The translations under genes and the position numbers were made by a program. The notes beneath the pieces are model-generated. The model worked only from the letters and a program-made list of their open reading frames with translations, was not told where the DNA came from and searched no databases. A stretch of DNA of 64,000 bases from an uncultured bacterium (GTDB lineage Bacteria; Oederibacteriota; PGYV01; CAWJRG01), in NCBI GenBank assembly GCA_963845185.1, contig CAWJRG010000010.1, positions 1 through 64,000 of the forward strand. The letters run 5' to 3'. This document shows positions 20,205 to 30,500 of this stretch, one piece after another. Numbering within the stretch: position 1 is the first letter of the stretch; the number at the start of each line of letters is the position of its first letter.

Positions 20205-21494
20205 TTACTTTTTGTTAAATAAATTCTCGTTTATTCTTTTTACCATTTCAGGCACAATGTCCTTCGCGTCTTTTTCGCCGCTCCAGACCTTGTTGAGCAC
20301 CGGGAATATATACGCGTTGCGCGCCTCGTTCCAGTTTGTGCTGTCAGGCCAGAAAGTCCCGTAATTAACCGCGTCAAGCAGGAAAGCCTTTCCTTTCGGG
20401 TCCTGCCCGTCAAGGAAATTTTTTGATTTCGCTATTGCCGTTATTGCCGGCTGGGCAAGCCCTGTCTGCGCCAGCTCTATCTGCCCTTCCTCGCCTGCGA
20501 GGTAAGTAACGAGTTTCCACGCCTCATCCGGATGTCTTGTTGTCTTTACCACAGCATATCCTGACCCGCTCATAGGAAATCCCCTTTTGCCCTGCGGGTT
20601 CTTCGGAAACATTACAGCGTCCCATTCAAAATTTTTAATATCCCTGAACATCGGCGTCTTCCATATGCCAGAAAAAAACATCGCGACTTTTCCCTGCACA
20701 AATAAATCAGCCGACCCCACGCCTCCCATTGCCGACAGGTTTGAGGGCGACGGCATAACCTTGTACTTATACATTAGGTCTTTCCTGAACTGTAATCCGC
20801 CAATTGCAGCCGGTGAGTCAAGCACGCATTTTGTCGGTTTCTTGACGTCATCCACCATTGCTCCACCGTTTCCAAGTACAAACGCGTCCCATATGTTCCA
20901 GTCATCTGCAAACCCGTATTGTGTCATAATCCCGTCTTTATTGAACTTTGTAAGATTTTTAGCCTTAGCGACCAGGTCATTCCAGTTCCAGTCGTTTGAC
21001 GGATATTTTACCTTTGCCTCGTCAAATAACTTCTTATTGTAATATACCACGCATACCGGTGCTATGTCCCTCGGTATTGCGTATATGCTGCCGCCTATTG
21101 TGTACTTATCCACGATTTTCTTGTAATATTTTCCTATGTCAAAATTATCCCTTTTAATATTATCATTAAGCGCGAGCAGTATGCCCTTATCCGCGAAATT
21201 AATAAACTGCTCGGCGTTAACAAACATTACGTCAGGCGGGGACCCTCCCGCCAAAAGGGTTAAAAGTTTTTCCATATACGGGTCGCCTGAAGGATAGCGC
21301 TCAAGTTTGACCTCAATGCCCGGGTTTTGTTCCTTGAATCTTTTCACAGTATCTGTAATAATCGCGATTTCCTTAAGGTCTCCCCAGTATGAACACCTGA
21401 GGACTATCTTGTTTGAGAGTTTCCCGCATGCTGAAAACATGCATACCAAAATGATGCTTAAAATTGCCAAAATCGGTTTAGTTAGTGATTTCAT
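20205..21494 (-). CDS. Carbohydrate ABC transporter solute-binding lipoprotein (orphan)
   Basis: AAGGAG SD, FSAC lipobox, GSPPDV, YYNKKLFDEA, FVQGKVAM. Confidence 0.9.
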   Translation of the reverse strand: MKSLTKPILAILSIILVCMFSACGKLSNKIVLRCSYWGDLKEIAIITDTVKRFKEQNPGIEVKLERYPSGDPYMEKLLTLLAGGSPPDVMFVNAEQFINFADKGILLALNDNIKRDNFDIGKYYKKIVDKYTIGGSIYAIPRDIAPVCVVYYNKKLFDEAKVKYPSNDWNWNDLVAKAKNLTKFNKDGIMTQYGFADDWNIWDAFVLGNGGAMVDDVKKPTKCVLDSPAAIGGLQFRKDLMYKYKVMPSPSNLSAMGGVGSADLFVQGKVAMFFSGIWKTPMFRDIKNFEWDAVMFPKNPQGKRGFPMSGSGYAVVKTTRHPDEAWKLVTYLAGEEGQIELAQTGLAQPAITAIAKSKNFLDGQDPKGKAFLLDAVNYGTFWPDSTNWNEARNAYIFPVLNKVWSGEKDAKDIVPEMVKRINENLFNKK

Positions 21495-21503
21495 GGTTAT
21501 TTG

Positions 21504-21605
21504 CTCCTTAGTCGATGTTTTTGAGACAAACCCTCTGGGGTGTAGTCGAAAATTACATCGACTTACACCCGCTCCAGTCCTGAGCTTGCGAAGGACAAGT
21601 GGTGT
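21504..21605 (-). ncRNA. Candidate cis-regulatory structured RNA (riboswitch-like), copy 1
   Basis: Sequence and structure shared with 60278-60383; lies between a predicted promoter and the SD. Confidence 0.7.
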
Positions 21606-21628
21606 TAGTCTGTTTATTTTGCAGGATG

Positions 21629-21657
21629 AATATATCACACGAATTTAAAAAAAACAA
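21629..21657 (-). promoter_or_regulatory. Sigma70 promoter of the solute-binding protein gene
   Basis: TTGTTT-N17-TATATT with extended TG. Confidence 0.5.
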
Positions 21658-21665
21658 ATGTATTC

Positions 21666-24254
21666 TTATTTTAGTATTATAAACTCACCAGTTTTGGGAT
21701 TTACCAGTCTTCCGTTCTTAGTTGTAATTATCACGTAAAAATAAATGCCGTTGCCTAAATTTCGTAATCCGTCCGTGGGGCACATTACTACTCCCTGCTG
21801 CGCTATCTGCCACGCCAGTTCCTGGTCGAAAGTGTATTCTCTTATTAATCTAAACCCCGCAGTATAAATCTTGACTGTAATTTCATCCGGTTTATTTTCA
21901 ACATTATTATATTTAAAATACATTTCAGGCATCGTGGCTGGATTTAGTGGGTCAGGATACTCGTTCACGTTCATTTGTTTTTCCTGTCCCGGCGTAATTG
22001 TTGGCGTGATTGTTGCTGTAATTGTAACATAAACAGTTTGCCCGGGCACTGGTGTACGTGTGATTGTAGCTGTTGTAGTTTGCGAATAAGTAGGCGTAGG
22101 TGTATTTGCAACAGGTCCCTGGTAAGTCAGCTCATATGCCAGGTCCCATGTAACAGTTGGCACGTTGAAAGTAACGCTGCCTCCTGAAAAAATCCCAGTT
22201 GTATTGCTTTGCGCAGTGCCGCTTACGCATTCGTACCAGTTAATCTTGTAAACGCCATTGTTTGTCAGTCCTGTTATGGTTATTGAGCCGTCGTTTATTC
22301 CGGCAGGCTGGCCTGAATTCAGCACATACTGCCAGTTATAATTCCTGTTTTGCACCCATCCTATTATTGTATTCGTGCCCTGCAGGCTATAGCTTCTTAT
22401 ACCCGCGACATAATTGCTAAATACATAGCTTGATATTGTAATCCAATCCGTGCCCTGGTTGTCCACAAATATTGTATGGCCGCCTACTGGAACACTTATT
22501 GAATAAGCTGTATTTGTAGTCGCAGCCTGGTCAAGTTTCTTTGTGCCGTCAAGCCATATTTGTATTGTAGGCGCAGTTCCAGTGTCCGGCCCTGTTATAA
22601 CCTTAAATTGTCCTGCTGTTGCATAATTGACATTAAACGTCGGCGGGTTCCTGTACTGTGTGTTCCATGTCGCGCCAAAAAGATAATATCCCATATTGGA
22701 TACTGCCGGCGAAACCAAACCATTTTGGTTTACAGTGAAATTATTCTGCGGCGATTGGCCCCAGTTAGTGTAGCCAGGCGACACGTTCAGGTCGGATTTT
22801 GTAGCAGAGTTGCATGTAGGTATTACTGCAGTAAAAGTATCGTTAAGCAGGTTTATGCTGTTCATAAAAGTTGAAATGCCTTTAAAATGATAATAAAGAT
22901 TCATATCGGGCACATAACTGTCCCACCACCATGTCATGGCAGTTCCTATACTGCCTGACATAGCTGTATCCCAAAGCGTATTGTGTAAATCAATGCCCGC
23001 AGGATCATTGGCTTCCATCCACGCTGTTGTGCCTGAAAACCCGAACTCACCCATATGCGTTGGTTTGTTGTAAGTCGTGAAGTAATTCGTAATTAAATCA
23101 TGCTGTACAGATTGTACGTCTGCCACGGTCTGGTAATGATGTAACTGCGTAAAATCTATTATAGGCAGATTCCAAGTATTCGGGTCATATATATCTTCTG
23201 CATAACTTGTTGTAATGAGATGCTGCTGCGGGTCGATGGACCTTATATACTGCGCCATTTCATTTATCCAGTTTGTAACGTCTGTTCTTACAGTCGGGTC
23301 AGTAGCGAAATTATCGGTCCAGTCAACCTCGTTAAACATTTCCCAGCATAAAATGTTGGTGGCGTAACCCCATCTTGCGACTATATACCTCATCCTGCGT
23401 TCATAATAATATGCCGCTGTCGTGTTAGTAAAAAAATCCGTTGTGGTTGTGCATGGCCCACCATTTGCCGCGTTGTAAGGGTTGTATTGCCATTCAGTGT
23501 CCGTGGTTGTTGAAACCTGCCCGTGGTTGTTCAGGCACAACATTATGTAACAATTGTCCTGCTTTGCGTAATTAATTATCCAGTCAAGATACGCTGCCTG
23601 TGCCTGCCGCGACCCGTAATTCCCAAGTCCAGTGTCGTTCCACTCTATTGCCGTGGCCCAGGAGCACATCCAGTGCCTGAAAAAATTCCCGCCGTTGGCA
23701 GACAGGTTGTCAAGCCATGATGTGTAGTCACAGGGCCCTGCATCCCACCACCCCACATCTTCACCAACCGGAATATATTGCACACCATTATCAAACACAA
23801 GATACCTGTTGTTCGTTTTTCTTATAAAACCTTTGTTTGTGGAAGCGTTACATATAAAAGGGCTGCCTGTTGCGCTTGTGCCTGTTGTCCCTGCGTAATC
23901 ATATGCTTTTATAACGTATGTCCATGTCCCTGTCTGGTTTGCGGCATATCTGATTTTCCACGAATAAGTATTGTCTGTTGTTGTGCCATTGCCCGGGCAG
24001 TTTAAGGTGTAATTCTGGCAGTAAAACGCATTTACCCTGGTTGTGACTCCTGAAGGTGATGTAAATATTGCCCATATATCAGCGTTCCCGGGGTCATATG
24101 GGTTTGTGATATTGCCCACTACGTTGAATGTAAGCTCAAATTTGTCATATTCGGTTATTGGGTCTGAATTTTTTGTCACATTGCTGATTGTGGCTGCGTT
24201 GATCTGAAAATAAAACACAATGGAAAGTAAAATTGAGAGTAAAATTTTTTTCAT
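21666..24254 (-). CDS. Secreted DUF5060 + GH5-like glycoside hydrolase with T9SS-like C-terminal domain
   Basis: YDKFEL..NPYDP..WKIRYA N-domain; YIVARWGY..WEMFNE and HMGEFG catalytic motifs; Thr/Pro linker; YPDP..KIYTAGFRLI..NGIYFY..FIILK. Confidence 0.8.
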   Translation of the reverse strand: MKKILLSILLSIVFYFQINAATISNVTKNSDPITEYDKFELTFNVVGNITNPYDPGNADIWAIFTSPSGVTTRVNAFYCQNYTLNCPGNGTTTDNTYSWKIRYAANQTGTWTYVIKAYDYAGTTGTSATGSPFICNASTNKGFIRKTNNRYLVFDNGVQYIPVGEDVGWWDAGPCDYTSWLDNLSANGGNFFRHWMCSWATAIEWNDTGLGNYGSRQAQAAYLDWIINYAKQDNCYIMLCLNNHGQVSTTTDTEWQYNPYNAANGGPCTTTTDFFTNTTAAYYYERRMRYIVARWGYATNILCWEMFNEVDWTDNFATDPTVRTDVTNWINEMAQYIRSIDPQQHLITTSYAEDIYDPNTWNLPIIDFTQLHHYQTVADVQSVQHDLITNYFTTYNKPTHMGEFGFSGTTAWMEANDPAGIDLHNTLWDTAMSGSIGTAMTWWWDSYVPDMNLYYHFKGISTFMNSINLLNDTFTAVIPTCNSATKSDLNVSPGYTNWGQSPQNNFTVNQNGLVSPAVSNMGYYLFGATWNTQYRNPPTFNVNYATAGQFKVITGPDTGTAPTIQIWLDGTKKLDQAATTNTAYSISVPVGGHTIFVDNQGTDWITISSYVFSNYVAGIRSYSLQGTNTIIGWVQNRNYNWQYVLNSGQPAGINDGSITITGLTNNGVYKINWYECVSGTAQSNTTGIFSGGSVTFNVPTVTWDLAYELTYQGPVANTPTPTYSQTTTATITRTPVPGQTVYVTITATITPTITPGQEKQMNVNEYPDPLNPATMPEMYFKYNNVENKPDEITVKIYTAGFRLIREYTFDQELAWQIAQQGVVMCPTDGLRNLGNGIYFYVIITTKNGRLVNPKTGEFIILK

Positions 24255-24426
24255 ATACAAATTATAATAAATATTTGCTGGTTTGTCATGCATTTTATTG
24301 TTTTAGGCATTTCACCTGCATAATTTCAAATTATCATTGTTAAATTCAGTTTAACTAATTTAAATAACATCGAAACTTTTCTATATTATAATTGTCTAAA
24401 AATAAGTGGAAAAAGTCCTTTTGGAT

Positions 24427-24455
24427 TTGACAAATTATGATTTGTTGGGTATAAT
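24427..24455 (+). promoter_or_regulatory. Consensus sigma70 promoter
   Basis: TTGACA-N17-TATAAT upstream of 24519. Confidence 0.8.
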
Positions 24456-24518
24456 TTATCAGTAGTTTATAAACATGTTTTCTTATTGTGAAAAAGTCCA
24501 GGGCAAGGGTGAATAACG

Positions 24519-27500
24519 TTGAAATTTAAATTATTTCTTTTAACAGGTCTATTTATAGGTCTGTTTTCATCCCTGTCATTTGGTGTTTTTACACTGACAG
24601 CCAATGTAAATTCATATTATCCTCTTACCACTGGACCCCAAATGCCCTTCCCTCGTTTTTCTAATTACACCGCAGGCGGCACAACAACATTATATACCTT
24701 GTCCGACTGGCGGCACCAGCCTGCAGGCGTGGCGCATGCTGAAATGGAAAAATGGATTCGAGACGCATGGCAGATGTATTTAAACTCATGGGTACAAGTT
24801 GGTACTACTGCAATAACCTACCAGCTCGCAAACGGGACAAACGCTACGCCTGTCCAGCTTTACCTTGATAGTTCAGAACTATTTAACGCTACTTCCGGCG
24901 TAAGCGAAGGGCACGGATATGCCCTTCTCATGGCAGCGCAGATGGCTGACAAAAACGCGTTTGACTCTTTATGGTTCTGGTTGAATGAGAACAGTATGTT
25001 CAACAACACAAAAATATATTCGACAGGCAATATTGTTGATGCCGGCTATCAGTATGGCGCTCATGTTCCTGCGTGGGCTGCCGCAGGTTCAGACAGTGCC
25101 ACTGATGGCGATGTCGATACTGCAATGGGCGCTTTAATCGCATGGAAGCAATGGGGCGATAACACAGGTTATTACGCTGCTGGCGGCACTGGTCCGGTAA
25201 ACACAAACAACCTTCCTGCTATACAGTACAAGGAAATGGCACTTGACTCCATAAGGTTTCTTGTTGCGCTTTCAGGCGGACCGAGCCACGCGACAGCTGT
25301 AAATGCCTGGGCAACAGGTGACGTTGGTTTTGATGGTTATCACAAAAGCGGAAACACATGGGGCGAGATGACAAATTTTGTTGCGCCTTCAGGCACAGGC
25401 GGCACATGCGGCGCGACAAACGGCCCTGTTTCTCAGGGCCCTTCAACTACTTATTATGATTATACCGGCCCTTCTTACTGGCATTGCTTTGCAAGCACTC
25501 TTATAAACAACGGCGACCCTATTGACAATAATAATACAACTCTTTTGTGGTGCAACGGTACAGGAACCGGCAACTGGAATGTAAGCCAGCTACAGAAAGT
25601 CGCCGCTTCAGACGCCTGGCTCCAGAGTCAGTTAACCAATAACTATACTTTCCCTGTCGCTGGCCAGGTGTCGCTAAACGGCACTACGGCCACCTTTACC
25701 AATTTTAACGAAGGCGAGGATTTCCGCAGCATATGGCGCCAGACTTTGGATTATTTGCTGTACGGCAACCCTGCCGCAGCCAATACCTGGAACCCCACAA
25801 CACACACAATAGACGGCAGCACTCCGAACACCGCGGAATACAACGCCGCAATAAAAATTTACAATTTTTTCAAGAATTACGCCACATGCTACCAGCCCGG
25901 CACCTATCAGATACATTTTAATATCCCTGAAATGATATGGTCGAATTATACCCTCGCCGGCGTACCGATGAGCACTACTGATCATATTCCTTATTTGCTC
26001 GGTTCTGCCACAGCCGCTGTTGTCGCAGCAGCGAACGCAAACAATGATTTTCTTTTCATGGAAAGATGGTACAGGGAGCTTAGTACTTTATGGGACGACC
26101 AGGTTGACGGCACAGGCATCCAGGCAGGTTACCTGGCGTGTTACCCGAAATATTTCCATGATTTTTTCAGGATGCTCGGCCTTATAATAATAACCGGCAA
26201 TTATGTTGACCCGTGCAACTGGACTCCCAAGGCAAATATGAAAATATATAAGGCCGTTGACAAGACTTACGCTTTCCCGAACGACCTTGTGACGTTCTGG
26301 CTCAATTACCGCAACTACGGCTCGGTGAATGCCACAAACGTGACTATCACGGACACAATACCTACTGCCTTTAATTTTGTGTCTGCCACAAACGGAGGCA
26401 CTGCATCCGGCCAGACAGTTTCGTGGAGCATAGGCACGGTTAACGGGCTACAGCAGCAGAACTACGCAGGCACAGAAGGCGGCGTTACGCTTGTCGTACA
26501 GGTTAAAAGCAACGCTGCCCTGGGCCATTACTGCAACTATGCCGATATCGCATGTTCAAATGGCACAGGCTGGACCTCAAATATTTCGCCAAACGAAGTT
26601 TCATATGTAATGAGAAGAAACTGCGTTGACATAGTAACAGCGGCACTGGCACTCACCAAGACAGCTTCGGTTGCATGGGCAAAGCCGAACGACACCATCA
26701 CATATACCTTGAACTACTGCGACTCGTCAAATGCCGGCTGGCTGAACGGCGGCAGGCCCGGCGCCATATTCTCCATAGGCGCGGAAAATACAAGCGGCGC
26801 CAATCAATATATTTTATTTGTATTCCGTGGCATGCATTCTGCATCCGAACCTTGGATTGACTGGGGAAATTATAGGTTGTCATATTTTGTCTACAGTCAG
26901 GGCCAGGGTTTTTCTCTTATACAAAACAGGGTTGAAGGCACGACAGGCATATCCGTAACAGCGGAAACTCTGATTCCCGGATGCATTAATAACAACACGC
27001 AATGCTGGGATGAGCGGATAATAATGAAAAATAATGCTTCTGTAACAATGCCTACTCACTTGCTTATGAAGTTTTTCAACAACATGCCGAACATGCATTA
27101 TCCCGACGGCGATATAAATAATGGCGGCACAGGCACGAACAGTCCTTTGCTTTTCGAACTCAGGCTTCAGACAAACCCGTATGTCACCACTCACAACTGG
27201 GCGCTTGATTATTCTTCCCTGCCCTATACAGGCGCGTATTCATACAAGGACGCGGGCGATACCAACCCCACGAACTGGCTTTTCCCGATCGGTCCTGATT
27301 GGACTGCGGGCGACGGCACCTCCGTGACAGTGCCGCAGATTAACAGGGATTCCTGTGACGGCGCAAACCCAATGATTACCAATGTGCTCGTGGAAGAATG
27401 GGACGGCTACTGCTGGCGCAGGGTGTACGGCAATGGCCCGCAGCCAGGCCGCGAGGTTACAAATGTCGTGCTCGTAGATTCACTGCCTACAAATTTAAAC

Positions 27501-30500
27501 TGGGGCGGATTTATAACCACATCCCCTGCCGGTACATACACTGCAGGAACAAGGACCATGCAATGGAACATAGGCAGCATGCTTGTAAGCCAGTGCGGCC
27601 AGGTCCAGTACTATGCTATTGCCGGTGGAAGCTGCCCGTCGGCAACCACTCTTTCCGCCATAAATACTGCGTTTATTTACGCTGACCACGAGGCTCCGGT
27701 AGCGGATTCTGCCATAGTATCCATAAACTGTTCTGCTCCGCCTCCTGTTCCGCCGCCTTCTTCCATAACAAAAACAGCAAATACAACGGTTTATAAAACA
27801 GGCGACAACATAACGTACACGATAAATTATACGAACTTAAACGGCACTGTGGCTGACTCATCCGCAAACAGCACAATACTTTCCTCAGCCGCGAACTGGA
27901 CTCTGGACAGCGGCGCGGCAAACACCTACGCAGCAGGCGGCATCACGCTGCCAAACGGCGCAGGCAAGTCCCGTTATAACTATTCCTATGGCACAAACGG
28001 CGAAATAATGGCAAGCATCAACATGACAAACAATTCTTCCACTTTCGGCGTATATTTCAGGAGCACTTTAGCTTTCACAATGAATGTGTGCGGCACAGGC
28101 ACGTCATGCGCCATTACATTGTGGAACGGCACAACTGCCCTTGTAACGTCAAACTACTCGTTCAATTCCATGAATGTCGATTTGCGCATAGACTTAATCG
28201 GCTCGACTATAAATATTTATCTAAAAGACAGGTCCCAGACAAGCTGGAACGTATTGCCTACGATTTCATATACCACTGCCCCGACTACAGCGGGTTACGC
28301 AGGCATAATAAACGGAGACCCTACCGGCTCCGGTGGGAACGGCAGCCAGACTTTCATCAAATGGTACACGTCCCTTGATGCAGCTTTTAACACTCTTATT
28401 TACGACACCATACCAACAGGCGTGTCATTTGTATCCGCCTCAAACAGCGGCGCAGTTGTTAACGGTGCTGTGCAATGGCCGCTCATAGCGCAACTGAACT
28501 ACGGCCAGTCAATAGCTTACACATGGGTTGGTTCAGTTACTGCCAACTGTACCACGCTTTATAACAGCGCATATGCGGCCCCCATGGGCGTAACATACTC
28601 GGTCGGAAACCAGATGTCTGTATCAGTAAGCTGCGGTACTGTGGTTCCAACGCGCACAAACACAACCGGCCCATCGCCTACATTAACATTTTCTCCGACC
28701 TATACAGGTACGCCTACAGCCACAAACTCGCCTACTTTTACAAATTCACCTACGCCTACAGCCACTCCTACAAACACTGCTACAAGGACTTATACTCCAA
28801 CGAATTCACCAACGCCTACTTTTACATACACCATGACATCTACACCTTCATCCACCCGTACGGTTACATATACTTACACTTATACAGTAACACCAACTCC
28901 GACTTCTACATTTACTCCTACCCTGACAAATACTGTGTCCGTAACATATACCAGGACATATACGCCTACATATACACAAACAGACACGCCCACTGCAACA
29001 TCTACATACACAAATACAATGACTCCTACACCTACATTAACCCGCACAGCGACATACACTTACACAAGTACAATCACTCTCACTGATACGCCAACCTCTA
29101 CTCCAACACTAACAATTACGACTTCCATGACATTCACCAGGACATATACTCCTACCTATACACAAACAGACACGCCTACAGCAACGCCTACATATACAAA
29201 CACGCTATCGCCCACATCATCATTAACCCGTACAGCTACATATACTTACACATATACAATCACATTGACCGATACGCCAAGTTCGACTCCAACATTTACA
29301 ATTACAACGTCCATGACATTCACAAGGACATATACTCCTACCTATACTCAAACATATACACCCACTGCAACACCTACTTACACAAACACTCTGTCGCCGA
29401 CATCTTCTTACACACAAACAGTAACATATACTTACACATATACAATCACGCTGACTGATACGCCAACTCCTACTCCAACATCAACAATTACTACTTCCAT
29501 GACCTTCACCAGAACATATACGCCTACCTACACACAGTCAGACACACCAACCGCAACGCCTACCTACACAAACACTCTGTCGCCGACATCTTCTTATACA
29601 CGTACAGCCACATATACTTACACATATACAATCACGCTGACTGATACGCCGACAATCACAAGCACAATAACCCCCACATATACTATAACCATGACTTATA
29701 CTGTGGTAATAATATCAGCAACCATAACCCCAACATATACGATAACTCCTACAGACACGATAACTAAAACATCAACGCCATCGTCAACCAACACAGTTAC
29801 ATATACTTACACATATACAATCACGCTGACTGATACACAGACTCCGACTCCAACATCAACAATCACGACTTCCATGACATTTACCAGGACATATACGCCT
29901 ACCTACACACAGACAGACACGCCAACAGCTACACCTACATACACAAACACTTTATCGCCGACATCATCTTACACGCGCACAGTAACATATACTTATACAT
30001 CTACGATCACACTAACTGATACGCCTACATTCACAAGCACATCAACGCCGACCTATACCATAACAATGACTTATACCGTGGTAATAGTATCAGCGACAAT
30101 AACCCCAACATACACGGCAACTCCGACAGACACGATAACCAAAACATCGACGCCATCTTTAACCAGCACAGTGACATATACTTATACATATACAATTACT
30201 CTGACAGATACGCCTACCTTCAGCCCGACACTGACAAATACAGTTTCAGCGACATACACGAGGACAAGTACGCCTACTTACACCAACACTGCCACATACA
30301 CTTATACCGATACAGTCACTCTGACAAGCACAAGCACGCCGACTTACACAATAACAATGACTTATACTGTGGTAATAATATCAGCCACATTTACGCCGAC
30401 ATACACGATAACTCCTACAGACACAATAACCATGACGTCAACGCCGACATTGACGCATACAATCACATATACTTATACATATACAGCAACGCTGACTGAT

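Noticed and set aside
21612..21623. GTTTATTTTGCA 12-mer also present at 60292-60303
   Set aside because: AT-rich and at non-equivalent positions relative to the RNA element; probably chance.
21495..21638. In-frame N-terminal extensions sharing LRTGxGVS..LHPR at this gene and at hpf (60268-60375)
   Set aside because: Strong SDs and the signal peptide/domain starts lie downstream; the peptide similarity follows from the conserved RNA element, whose changes preserve base pairs rather than codons.
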